From Patescibacteria group bacterium (lineage in GTDB: Bacteria; Patescibacteriota; Microgenomatia; UBA8517): 63,686 nucleotides of DNA. Under the pieces are notes generated by a model, which saw only the letters and a program-made list of their open reading frames with translations, was not told the DNA's origin and ran no database searches. The number at the start of each line of letters is the position of its first letter. Position 1 is the first letter of the stretch. The stretch lies in NCBI GenBank assembly GCA_041499035.1, contig JBGQJK010000004.1:1-63686 (forward strand), given 5' to 3'. Of this stretch, positions 53,127-62,046 are shown piece by piece. The position numbers and the translations under genes were made by a program.

Positions 53127-53193
53127 TTAACCTCCTTAGCTAAGGGGGTTAGCGTTTAGGTCTAAACCAATTTTCAAACGTTAACCTCTTTAG
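53127..53193 (+). promoter_or_regulatory. attenuator-like alternative pairing elements (R1, R2, R3)
   Basis: R1 is ttaacctccttag (53127-53139). R2 is ctaagggggttag (53140-53152). R3 is ttaacctctttag (53181-53193). R1 and R3 are 12/13 identical, and both are complementary to R2 if G-U pairs are allowed. Confidence 0.45.
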
Positions 53194-53210
53194 AAATAAA
53201 GAGGTTTTTT
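53183..53210 (+). terminator. intrinsic terminator hairpin inside a 5' leader
   Basis: AACCTCTTT (53183-53191), loop agaaat, AAAGAGGTT (53198-53206) form a perfect 9-bp stem running into a T6 tract (53205-53210). Confidence 0.6.
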
Positions 53211-53260
53211 AATGTACCAAATACATATGAAGAGTAATTATAAAAAAGGAGGTGATTTAG

Positions 53261-53470
53261 ATGGCAGTTGAAAGTTCAGTTACAAACCCTTATTTAGTGG
53301 CGCCTAGTTGTGTAGATCGCCCCGCCCCCGTATCAGTCTATCAATCAACGGGAAGCGCAGGCAAAAGGGTAGATCATGCAAAATTAGCTATGGACCAAGT
53401 TATAAGCGCCTTAGCTCGAGGAAATATGCCTGCAGAACGCGCATTTTTTGATGAACTAACTCACGGCTAA
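53261..53470 (+). CDS. 69-aa hypothetical protein with near-consensus SD
   Basis: AAGGAGGTG (53246-53254) lies 6 nt before the ATG. By eye the ORF looks more GC-rich than its neighbours. No recognisable motif. Confidence 0.45.
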   Translation: MAVESSVTNPYLVAPSCVDRPAPVSVYQSTGSAGKRVDHAKLAMDQVISALARGNMPAERAFFDELTHG

Positions 53471-55101
53471 TGTAATTTGAGATCTTTAACTTTTAGCTGG
53501 AGATTTTTATAACCGTTCCACGAATTATCCTCGAGGCAGTAGACAACGTCTATTTTTGCCTCGGGGGTTAGGGTTGAGTACATTTCTCCCCCGCCAAAGT
53601 AAATTGAGTCAAAAACTTGTCCATCCTGCCTTAACTTCAGCTTAAGGTGTCTTGCTTCCCTTCCCACCGGCTTTGCTTCGACTACTTCAACCTTTCTGCT
53701 GACAAAAGTTGGAGTTGGATTCCCTAAACCTGTTGGATCAAAATCTTCCAATTTATGGTAGAGGTCGTAATTTAGCTGATCGAAACTGATTCCCAAATCT
53801 ATTTTCAGTTTCTTTTCCAGAAGTTCCTTTGATAAAAGTTTATTTGCAATTTTATTAATCTCTTTGGTAAATTTACCGATTTTATTTGTTTCAATGGAAA
53901 ATCCCGCCGCCATAGGGTGACCCCCTCCTTCAATATGAAGACTTACCGCTCTAATCGCCTCAATAATATTAAATCCCGAAATTGAACGCGCGGAAGCTTT
54001 ACTGATATCCCCCTTTGTAGAAAGCACTATAGCGGGGCGGTAAAATTCCTCTACCAGCCTCCCCGCAGCTAGGCCAATTACCCCTTCGTGGTAGCTTTCG
54101 CCGGAAATAACAATTACTTTTTGATTGGTTACGTTCTTCCTTGCCAGAACAACCAGCTCTTCGACAATTTTCTGCCGTTCAGAGTTTGTACTTCCGATAT
54201 TCTTGGCAATATCAAAGGCTTTAGTTCTATCTTTCGTGCACAAAAGACGCAGAGATTCCAAGCCGTGTTTAAGCCGACCCATAGCATTAATTCTTGGAGC
54301 AATAATGTAGCCGACTTCGTATGTGCCAACGGAAACTGCCGGTCCGAAATCTTTCACTAGCCCAGTCTCCTTAAAAAGCGCCAAAAGTCCGGGCCTTTTG
54401 GTCCGGTTTAACTCTTCTAAACCGTGTTTAACAATTGATCTGTTTACCCCAATCAGCGGAAGTTGATCGGCAATAGTTCCAATGGCAGCCAGCTCCATTC
54501 CGTTTTTTATTCCAAGTTCTTTTGCAAAAAACCAACCAAGTCCAGATCCCGAAGTCTCAGTACTATGAATTACACTATATGCTTTGAGAGTTTTTGTTCC
54601 CTTTGTGTGATGATCAATAACAATTACATCAATTCCTAACTTATTAGCCGCCTCGACACCTTCGTATCCTACAATTCCATTATCCACCGTTATTATCAAA
54701 CCCAAATTTTTGTCTTTTGACTTTAATTGACTAATAACATCGGCTTTAATTCCATATCCGTCAATAAACCTGTCGGGAATATAAGGCAGGACGTCGAGAC
54801 CGAGTGAATGAAGCGCTTCCCACATTATAGCTGTTGCGGTTATGCCATCTGCGTCGTAGTCGCCATAAATAATTACGTTCTCTTTATTCTTCTTGGCCTT
54901 TTTAATTCTCTCAACCGCTTTTTTAATGTCTGCTTGCTTTACTCCCAATGACTTAAGAGTAATTTTCGCCGGGTCAATCGGTTCAAAAAATTCTTTCTTA
55001 TTTCTAATTCCCCGATTTTTTAGAAGTATATCCACAATCTGTTCCGGATTCTTTGCAGAATTCTTATTTAGAATTTCCCATCTTCTTGCTTGGTTCGACA
55101 T
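53467..55101 (-). CDS. recJ: single-stranded-DNA-specific exonuclease RecJ
   Basis: DHH motifs YGDYDADGITA, VDNG and VIDHH, and the DHHA1 motif GGGHPMAAG. ATG at 55101 (MSNQARRWEIL) is preferred over the longer track ORF, which overlaps the divergent cca gene. Confidence 0.85.
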   Translation of the reverse strand: MSNQARRWEILNKNSAKNPEQIVDILLKNRGIRNKKEFFEPIDPAKITLKSLGVKQADIKKAVERIKKAKKNKENVIIYGDYDADGITATAIMWEALHSLGLDVLPYIPDRFIDGYGIKADVISQLKSKDKNLGLIITVDNGIVGYEGVEAANKLGIDVIVIDHHTKGTKTLKAYSVIHSTETSGSGLGWFFAKELGIKNGMELAAIGTIADQLPLIGVNRSIVKHGLEELNRTKRPGLLALFKETGLVKDFGPAVSVGTYEVGYIIAPRINAMGRLKHGLESLRLLCTKDRTKAFDIAKNIGSTNSERQKIVEELVVLARKNVTNQKVIVISGESYHEGVIGLAAGRLVEEFYRPAIVLSTKGDISKASARSISGFNIIEAIRAVSLHIEGGGHPMAAGFSIETNKIGKFTKEINKIANKLLSKELLEKKLKIDLGISFDQLNYDLYHKLEDFDPTGLGNPTPTFVSRKVEVVEAKPVGREARHLKLKLRQDGQVFDSIYFGGGEMYSTLTPEAKIDVVYCLEDNSWNGYKNLQLKVKDLKLH

Positions 55102-55127
55102 AACTTCTAAAGTATAATGAAAATGAA

Positions 55128-56474
55128 ATGAAAGTCGAGCTCCCAAAATTAGTTCAAGATATTCTAGAAAAATTCGATGGAGCCGGATACGAAGTTTATA
55201 TTGTCGGGGGAGGTGTACGCGATGTTTTAATGGGCAGGCAAGTTAATGATTGGGATTTTACAACTAATGCTACTCCAGAACAAATTTTAAAAATAATACC
55301 TGAAGGTTTTTATGACAATCAATTCGGTACGGTAGGAGTCAGCGCCGAAGGATTTGACAAGCCGTTTGAAATCACAACATATAGAACCGAACAAGGTTAT
55401 TCCGACGCACGGCACCCCGATAAAATCGAATGGGGGAAAACACTAAAGGATGACGTTTCCAGACGTGACTTTACAATAAACGCACTCGCGTTCGATAAAA
55501 ACTTAAAAGTTGTCGACTACTTTAAAGGAGAAGGTGATATTAAAAACAAATTAATCCGCGCGGTTGGAGATCCAAATGAAAGATTCGGCGAAGATGCTTT
55601 AAGAATGATGCGGGCAGTGCGTATTGCCGGCGAGCTTGGCTTTACAATTGAAGAAAAAACTTTTGAAGCAATCAAGAAAAACGCTGCACTTATCAATAAA
55701 ATTGCCAAGGAAAGAGTTAAGGATGAACTTTTCAAACTGCTTTCTTCCCCAAATCCTTACGAAGGCATACTAATATTGCGAAATTCGGGACTCATGGCCG
55801 AGATTTTGCCGGAAATGGAAAAGTGTTTTGGGGTGGAACAAAAATCCCCCGGCAGACATCATATTTACGATGTTGGAACACATCTTTTGATGTCTTTGAA
55901 GTTTTGCAAAAGCGAAGACGTGGTTACGAGGTTTGCTACATTAATCCATGATATAGGCAAACCCCAAACTTACAGAAAGTTAAAAACCGGCGTTATTACT
56001 TTTTATAATCATGAAATGGTTTCCACGCGAATCGCCGAAAATATTGCCGACAGATTAAGGTTTTCTAAAAAAGAAAAAGATAAGTTTGTAACCCTTGTCC
56101 GCTGGCATCAATTTACAGTTGACGAGCATCAAACAGATTCTGCGATAAGAAGAATATTAAGAAACGTCGGTTTGGAAAATATGGAAGATATGTTAGCTTT
56201 ACGTGTAGCAGACAGGCTTGGTGGTGGAGCAAGAGAAACAAGTTGGCGTCTTGAAGAGTTTAAGAAACGTTTGATTGAAGTTCAAAAACAACCTTTCTCC
56301 GTCCGAGACTTAAAAATTGACGGAAATGATGTGATGAAAGAGTTGAAACTGAAACCCGGACCAAAAGTCGGCGAAATTTTGGAGAAACTTTTTGAAGAAG
56401 TTGTGGAAAAGAAAGTGGAAAACAAAAAGGAGAAATTACTAAAGAGACTGCCGACACTTTCCCCAAAGTCCTAA
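55128..56474 (+). CDS. cca: CCA tRNA nucleotidyltransferase with HD domain
   Basis: YIVGGGVRDVLMG...DWDFTT (PolyA_pol head), RDFTINA, and the HD region HHIYDVGTHLL...IHDIGK. Confidence 0.85.
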   Translation: MKVELPKLVQDILEKFDGAGYEVYIVGGGVRDVLMGRQVNDWDFTTNATPEQILKIIPEGFYDNQFGTVGVSAEGFDKPFEITTYRTEQGYSDARHPDKIEWGKTLKDDVSRRDFTINALAFDKNLKVVDYFKGEGDIKNKLIRAVGDPNERFGEDALRMMRAVRIAGELGFTIEEKTFEAIKKNAALINKIAKERVKDELFKLLSSPNPYEGILILRNSGLMAEILPEMEKCFGVEQKSPGRHHIYDVGTHLLMSLKFCKSEDVVTRFATLIHDIGKPQTYRKLKTGVITFYNHEMVSTRIAENIADRLRFSKKEKDKFVTLVRWHQFTVDEHQTDSAIRRILRNVGLENMEDMLALRVADRLGGGARETSWRLEEFKKRLIEVQKQPFSVRDLKIDGNDVMKELKLKPGPKVGEILEKLFEEVVEKKVENKKEKLLKRLPTLSPKS

Positions 56475-56981
56475 TTTACTTTCTTTTGCAAACTTTTCCG
56501 ATTGCAAAAATTCATCTTCATGTTTTATATCCGGTTGAACGATCATAATCTTTGCATATCCCTTTTTAACTAAATAATCGTCAACGAAAATGTCACCCAC
56601 ATAAACATAGCGAAGAAGACGGCCGTACTTATCGGCTTCGCTTACATCTTTTTCTAACCGAACAACTTTTCCTAAAACCAGATCTTTGTTAACCTTAGTC
56701 GCTTCAGAGTTAAAACACTCATTAGTTTCCACTTCGGGGGTGTTCATGCCGATATACCTAACGTGAGCTCCTGTATCAATAACAATAGTGTCCCCGTCTA
56801 TAACTCGGGTAACTTTGGCGTAGGTACTGCTTGTCGGTAGGAAAGATGGGGACGAACTCGTTGAGGGAGCTTTTACAACAACCGGATTTTTACAAGAAAG
56901 AACTACTAACCCGATAAATATTAGGCAAGACCCTAAAAATACATATGAGCTAACTCTTTTTAAATTTTTTCTGAAGCTCAT
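56439..56981 (-). CDS. thermonuclease (staphylococcal nuclease-like) lipoprotein
   Basis: Lipobox VLSC, then VIDGDTIVI...VRYIGMNTPE...GRLLRYVYV...GYA, an SNase fold pattern. Overlaps the ends of cca and secF. Confidence 0.75.
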   Translation of the reverse strand: MSFRKNLKRVSSYVFLGSCLIFIGLVVLSCKNPVVVKAPSTSSSPSFLPTSSTYAKVTRVIDGDTIVIDTGAHVRYIGMNTPEVETNECFNSEATKVNKDLVLGKVVRLEKDVSEADKYGRLLRYVYVGDIFVDDYLVKKGYAKIMIVQPDIKHEDEFLQSEKFAKESKLGLWGKCRQSL

Positions 56982-57825
56982 CCCAGGTAACTAAAATAGA
57001 AACCGCGACGAATGGGGACGAATACGCGCCGGAGATGGATCCGACGAGAAGAGTTGCCACAAACCATTTAATTGTAGGTCCGCCTAAAAGCAGTAGTGCT
57101 ACCATCATAAAAACCAGGACAAAAGTATTATTAAGTGAACGAACCATAGTTTCGCTGGTTGCTTTGTTGGCCAAATCATATAAATCGGCACCAATTCCCT
57201 TTTTCGACTCGCGTATCCTGTCGTAAACAATGATCGTGTCATGGACAGAAAAAGAAAGAATGGTCAGAAGCGCCGTAACAAACAAAAGGTCTACCTCCGC
57301 ACCAAAGAAATGGCCGAAGATAGAATACATCCCAACCACCACCAAACTGTCATGCAGCATGGCCAATACCGCAGAAAGTCCGAATTTAAAACTCTTAAAC
57401 TGGATGGCCACCCAAAGCAGAATCCCGCCCGCAGCCAGAAGAAGTCCATATAACGTCTTACGGACAAGTTCAGGCCCAACAGTAGGCCCTATTGTTTCAA
57501 ATCTAAGCTCAGTAACTTTACCGGCAGATTTTTCCAAGCTTGATTGAATGTTTGCGCGTTTTGTCGGATCCACCTGTCCGAGTTTTAAGATGTAAGACCC
57601 GCTTTGGGTTTTTTGCACCGACGTAACCTCAACCCCGACTTGCTTTACACTAGTCGTAATCTTATTTGGCCCTATATCCCTTTCCAATTTATACTCAACC
57701 AAAGTACCCCCCTTAAATTCCACACTAATTTGGAGCCCCCATTTTAGAAGACTGAAAAGCCCAGATAGAATTATCGTCCCCGATATCAATAAATAAAGCC
57801 AGCGGTATTTCATCCAATTTATCAT
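56950..57825 (-). CDS. secF: protein translocase subunit SecF
   Basis: Size, 6 TM helices, and the conserved blocks FKGGT, LHDSLVVVGMY, SVHDTIVVYDRIRE. Confidence 0.9.
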   Translation of the reverse strand: MINWMKYRWLYLLISGTIILSGLFSLLKWGLQISVEFKGGTLVEYKLERDIGPNKITTSVKQVGVEVTSVQKTQSGSYILKLGQVDPTKRANIQSSLEKSAGKVTELRFETIGPTVGPELVRKTLYGLLLAAGGILLWVAIQFKSFKFGLSAVLAMLHDSLVVVGMYSIFGHFFGAEVDLLFVTALLTILSFSVHDTIIVYDRIRESKKGIGADLYDLANKATSETMVRSLNNTFVLVFMMVALLLLGGPTIKWFVATLLVGSISGAYSSPFVAVSILVTWDELQKKFKKS

Positions 57826-57837
57826 ATAAATTTCATG

Positions 57838-59130
57838 TCAAACCTTCCTTTCTTTTACAAAAACTCTGAGGAGATTTCTTGAGACAAAAATTCCGGTGAA
57901 AAGACTAATAAAAATTCCGAGGGCTAGGGTAATTGCAAAACCACGTATTGGGCCGGAAGAATTAAGAAATGTCCAATCTAGCGGATTCGCCAAAACAAAG
58001 CAGGTAATAAGAGTTGCGGCGTAGGCATCGCGGATTGAGTTCCATGCGCGTCCAAAGGAAACCTCAAGAGCCTGGTGATATTCGCGGACCAACCGTTCTT
58101 CCTTAAACCTTTCAAAAATTAAAATATTGCCGTCGAGAGCCATTCCAACAGAAAGCATAAAGCCTGCAATTCCGGGCAAGGTTAGTGTTATCGGAATTAA
58201 TTTGTAAAGCGCGATTGTAATAACGGCAAAAATAAAAAGGCCTACATCGGCTATAACACCCAGCCAACCGTAATTTGCAATCATAAAGAGTAGAACCATG
58301 ACAGCGCCGACAATCCCGGCCAATACGCTTTGCTTTATGGAAAGAGCCCCAAGAGAAGCCCCCACTGAGGTTTGTTGAATTAAATTAACAGGAACCGGAA
58401 GAGCGCCGGCATTAAGCTGAATCGCAAGCTGTTTGGCGTCATCCACAGTAAAAGTCCCCGTAATTTGAGCCGATCCTCCTGTAATTTGTTGCTGGACGGT
58501 TGGCGCCGAAAGCAGCTGATTATCCAAAACAATGGGCAACGGCTTACCCACACTTCTGCCGGTAATTTCTGCAAACTTTGTTCCGCCGTCCTTTGTAAAC
58601 TGCAAGGAAATTGTCGGTTTTCCGGTTTGATTATCAAACACGACAGAGGCGGATTGTAAATCAGCTCCTGTTAAACTCGTTGGAACTAAAGTTGAAGAGG
58701 CGGAAGCGGTTTTGGTTGCCGGAATCGCCTTTACTTCCATAAACTGCAGCTGGGCAGTTTGGCCGATGAGAGAAACCGCCTGCTGAGTGTCGCTTACTCC
58801 AGGGAGATCAACTATTATCCTGTCTTTATTTTGGAACTGAGATGTTTGGACAGTTGGCTCGGAAACCCCGAACAGGTTTACCCTACGTTCAATCACGTTG
58901 CGCACTCCATCGAGCGCAGTGGAGCGTTTATCGGCCGGAATCTTGCTCATGTCCGCCTCGAATACAAGCTGGCTGCCCCCAGCCAAATCCAAGCCCAGCT
59001 TTAGATCAAACTTTTTATTAACCGAAAACTTGGCTATTTTAAAATTAAGACCATAGGGGAGAGAAATAAATGTTGCAGCCGCAGTTACTAGAAATATGAA
59101 GCTAATTAACCAGATCTTCCTCATCGCCAA
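57838..59130 (-). CDS. secD: protein translocase subunit SecD
   Basis: LGLDLAGGSQLVFEAD, IERRVNLFGVSEPTVQ, LPGIAGFMLSVGMALDGNILIFERFKEE. Confidence 0.9.
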   Translation of the reverse strand: MAMRKIWLISFIFLVTAAATFISLPYGLNFKIAKFSVNKKFDLKLGLDLAGGSQLVFEADMSKIPADKRSTALDGVRNVIERRVNLFGVSEPTVQTSQFQNKDRIIVDLPGVSDTQQAVSLIGQTAQLQFMEVKAIPATKTASASSTLVPTSLTGADLQSASVVFDNQTGKPTISLQFTKDGGTKFAEITGRSVGKPLPIVLDNQLLSAPTVQQQITGGSAQITGTFTVDDAKQLAIQLNAGALPVPVNLIQQTSVGASLGALSIKQSVLAGIVGAVMVLLFMIANYGWLGVIADVGLFIFAVITIALYKLIPITLTLPGIAGFMLSVGMALDGNILIFERFKEERLVREYHQALEVSFGRAWNSIRDAYAATLITCFVLANPLDWTFLNSSGPIRGFAITLALGIFISLFTGIFVSRNLLRVFVKERKV

Positions 59131-59686
59131 TAATCATAGCACGGCTACCGGACAAAATCCCTAGCAGGAACGGATCGCGTCTCTTCTTTCTAAAGTCAAA
59201 TTCATCGCGGCTCATCACCGTATAATTAATTTCGCGGGCACGTTTGCTTTCTTCAACACGTATAATAGATGCGAGTTCGGGAAGAACTACCTCCCCCACT
59301 ATTAAGATATCAACATCATCCTCACGCTTCCGGTCCTTCATGCGGACGAACTTACCGGAGAACATAATGAAAGAAACCTTGCCGATCTTGTTCTTATTTT
59401 CGATAAGTTGTTTCCCGAGCCCGCGGGTCTTAGCTACCATCGAAATTAAATCCCCGTAAAAAGGGTGTTCCGGCCTGACAGAGTAGTAAACTCTGTTTCC
59501 ACGGGGTTCTTTCCTAAGAAGGCCGTCATGTTCAAGTTTTGTAAGCTCACGTCTGACCGCATTAATCTCCTCAACGGTCTCCCTCACAATTCCGCGGACA
59601 TGGTAAATTTCTTTTAGATTGGAGAAAAAAAGCTCCAAAATTTTTATCCTAACTTTAGAAGTAATAATATCACCGAGTGATGCCAT
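59102..59686 (-). CDS. winged-helix (ArsR-like) transcriptional regulator with C-terminal nucleotidyltransferase-like domain
   Basis: The N-terminal wHTH is KVRIKILELFF...INAVRRELTKLEHDGLLRKEPRGNRVYY. The C-terminal part contains DVDILIVGEV. Confidence 0.55.
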   Translation of the reverse strand: MASLGDIITSKVRIKILELFFSNLKEIYHVRGIVRETVEEINAVRRELTKLEHDGLLRKEPRGNRVYYSVRPEHPFYGDLISMVAKTRGLGKQLIENKNKIGKVSFIMFSGKFVRMKDRKREDDVDILIVGEVVLPELASIIRVEESKRAREINYTVMSRDEFDFRKKRRDPFLLGILSGSRAMIIGDEEDLVN

Positions 59687-59714
59687 CTAATTTTTTGGGG
59701 CAGGGAAATATTTG

Positions 59715-60956
59715 TCAGTAACTAATTGTATTTCCGGCAGGAACTATCTCGATCCAAGTTTGACCACGAACCATTTGTATCTCTTTCCCATTTGTATCAT
59801 AAAAAACGTCCCTGTCAAGTGCGGACACCTTTGACCAAGTCCCTTGAATAACTTCGCCATTTTGAAATACCAACGCTTTACCGGTCCCGAGGACCTGATA
59901 AAACATATGCTTCTCAGTGTCTAACGGGCCTTTTTCTTGCGCAAATTTTATAACCACATTCTTCGCTGCAAGCTGCGGTTTGTCAAATTCCCAGTCAACA
60001 TGCGCGGCTCCACCGTTAAACCTAAGGTATGAATTCGCATTGGAATCATATTTCCATTCGACATCATAATCCGGCTGGTTATTCCAGAAGGGAACTTTTA
60101 TATCACTCGCAGCTGGGCTACTGTTTGACCTGCCGTCCTGAAAGGCCCATTTCTTAAATCCTTGTGTCCAGGCAACTCCACTACTATCCTTATACTCAAA
60201 ACCCCGCTTTGTGGCTTCCTTATAAACTTCGTCGATGTCGGCTACAACAGAATGCTCCCATGCGGCTGGGGTGCTACTTAGCCTGTATTGATCCCTTACA
60301 ACAATCGGGTAGCCGATGTTAAATCCCCCGTCCATGTCATTCCCTTGCGCGCCGTTCCTCCAGCCAAGTTTATCCAGAAGTGTATACGCATCAACGGTTC
60401 TATCTATGTCCCCCCTGGGCTTGACTCCCCCGGGACAATTTGAACAAAAATCATTGGCACCGCCCTGGTGCAGATATATAGGATCTGTTCCGTACCCGGC
60501 CGCCTCATTTACAAAATAAACCCTCGCACTTCGGATTGGAGCCACCTTTACATTCTCGGCAACAACACCGCAGTAAAATACGGACATAAATCTGGTTATT
60601 CCTCCCTCAGCTACTGCCTCGTAAACCACATCGGCGCGGGAAAGTCCCGACTCGGGGCGGGCTTCAATGTTATTCTCGATCATCGCGGTTACCGGACGGC
60701 GTTTGTTCCAAATATCTGCTTCGGCTTGCGTATATTTCATCCCGCTAATTGGGCATTCTGCAACTTTCGGCGCACTTAAATCGACTCTGGCTTTTTGCGC
60801 GATTGTTTTGACTAAAGTACTGGCACTTTTAGGGGATATTAACGAAAAAACCAAAAACGATACTCCTACAGATATCAAAAACAAACCTACGAAACTTGCT
60901 ACAAGTGTAATCTTATTTGAACTTAAACTTTTAAAATTTGGAACAAATTTGAGCAT
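59715..60956 (-). CDS. DUF3048 domain protein (YerB-like), anchored
   Basis: RPESGLSRADVVYEAVAEGGITRFMSVFY is the typical DUF3048 N-terminal block. Confidence 0.65.
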   Translation of the reverse strand: MLKFVPNFKSLSSNKITLVASFVGLFLISVGVSFLVFSLISPKSASTLVKTIAQKARVDLSAPKVAECPISGMKYTQAEADIWNKRRPVTAMIENNIEARPESGLSRADVVYEAVAEGGITRFMSVFYCGVVAENVKVAPIRSARVYFVNEAAGYGTDPIYLHQGGANDFCSNCPGGVKPRGDIDRTVDAYTLLDKLGWRNGAQGNDMDGGFNIGYPIVVRDQYRLSSTPAAWEHSVVADIDEVYKEATKRGFEYKDSSGVAWTQGFKKWAFQDGRSNSSPAASDIKVPFWNNQPDYDVEWKYDSNANSYLRFNGGAAHVDWEFDKPQLAAKNVVIKFAQEKGPLDTEKHMFYQVLGTGKALVFQNGEVIQGTWSKVSALDRDVFYDTNGKEIQMVRGQTWIEIVPAGNTISY

Positions 60957-60960
60957 GTTA

Positions 60961-61404
60961 TTATTTTGCTTTTGCTAAGGCTTTCTTTTCCTCCTCGGAA
61001 AGTTCAATATCGCCTTTACCTTTTTTAATAGCTTTCATATAAACCCTCGTTCTGTCCCTTGTATGAAGACTCGTGATTACGACACCGTTTTCTTCACGGT
61101 CAAGGACCGCCAAGGAAAAACTATGATCTCCGCCGAGCTCCTTAAAAGGATTAAACCTGATAAGCCCTACCCTTTGAATATGAAGTTTCCCGTCTTCTTC
61201 CTGTGCGTTCACTCTTTTAAGCAAGTCATTAACTTCCTTCTCGTTCTTAACTCCCTGCGCCAGGACTTTTTCTAAAACTTTTTTTAGATCGGTAACCTCA
61301 ACACCTTTTGTAAGTTTATTAAAAAGAGCAAATATCCTATATAGAACAACACTCAGGCCGACAAGCCAAATACCAAAAACCGATAAAATAAAAAAAACCT
61401 GCAT
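60961..61404 (-). CDS. DUF4446 family protein
   Basis: N-terminal TM, then RVGLIRFNPFKELGGDHSFSLAVLDREENGVVITSLHTRDRTRVYMK. Confidence 0.6.
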   Translation of the reverse strand: MQVFFILSVFGIWLVGLSVVLYRIFALFNKLTKGVEVTDLKKVLEKVLAQGVKNEKEVNDLLKRVNAQEEDGKLHIQRVGLIRFNPFKELGGDHSFSLAVLDREENGVVITSLHTRDRTRVYMKAIKKGKGDIELSEEEKKALAKAK

Positions 61405-61543
61405 AAGATGTTAGGGTTTTTGGCAGGCTCAAATGTATTTGAACAACTATTGAGCTCAACCATTTTTACATCTAGCTGGTTGTGTGTCAAGACCATTCCC
61501 AAAAATATTTGTATTAATCGTACAAAAGATGTAAATTAATGCC

Positions 61544-61822
61544 GTGGCAGTTACTCGTACCCGTAAAAATAAAGAGAATCCACATTACAACTTTTTGTAT
61601 TCCTGGGCTCCTTCTGAGCCTCATGTCAAGAGGGAATCGGATTTGGTGGAGACGGACACTCCCGTGAAGCTCTCAGCCTCAAAAAGAGCCGAGATTCAGG
61701 CAAAAGAAGATTCTATGCTTAGAATTAAGAAGGACATAGTTAAGAGTCTGATCCTGGTCAGCTTCATCATTCTTGCCGAACTGGTAGTATACTTAGCCTG
61801 GAGCAAATTTGTTCTGTCCTAA
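61544..61822 (+). CDS. hypothetical protein with C-terminal TM helix
   Basis: 92-aa ORF with a GTG start, a basic N-terminus and a C-terminal hydrophobic helix. Confidence 0.35.
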   Translation: MAVTRTRKNKENPHYNFLYSWAPSEPHVKRESDLVETDTPVKLSASKRAEIQAKEDSMLRIKKDIVKSLILVSFIILAELVVYLAWSKFVLS

Positions 61823-61841
61823 GGACTGGAGGTGAGAAATT

Positions 61842-61979
61842 ATGATGTACTGTGTAAAGTGTCGAGCCAAGAGAGAAGGAAAAGACGCACAAGAAGTTAC
61901 CATGAAGAATGGTAAGAAAGCTACAAAAGCTGTTTGTGAAGTCTGCGGCACAACCATGTTCAAGATCGGAGGCAAATAA
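61842..61979 (+). CDS. 45-aa zinc-ribbon protein (DUF5679-like)
   Basis: Not in the ORF track (under 60 aa). The SD GGAGGTG lies 7 nt upstream of the ATG. The sequence MMYCVKCRAKREGKDAQEVTMKNGKKATKAVCEVCGTTMFKIGGK has CxxC...CxxC. A hairpin and T-tract follow. Confidence 0.5.
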   Translation: MMYCVKCRAKREGKDAQEVTMKNGKKATKAVCEVCGTTMFKIGGK

Positions 61980-62004
61980 CCTTTAATCTTAGACATTTTA
62001 AACA

Positions 62005-62033
62005 AAAGGGCACCGGTACAACCGGCCCCTTTT
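62005..62033 (+). terminator. probable intrinsic terminator after the small zinc-ribbon gene
   Basis: aaaaGGGcaCCGGtacaaCCGGCCCCtttt is a GC-rich interrupted stem followed by a T4 run. Confidence 0.4.
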
Positions 62034-62046
62034 GTGTATCCTCAAT

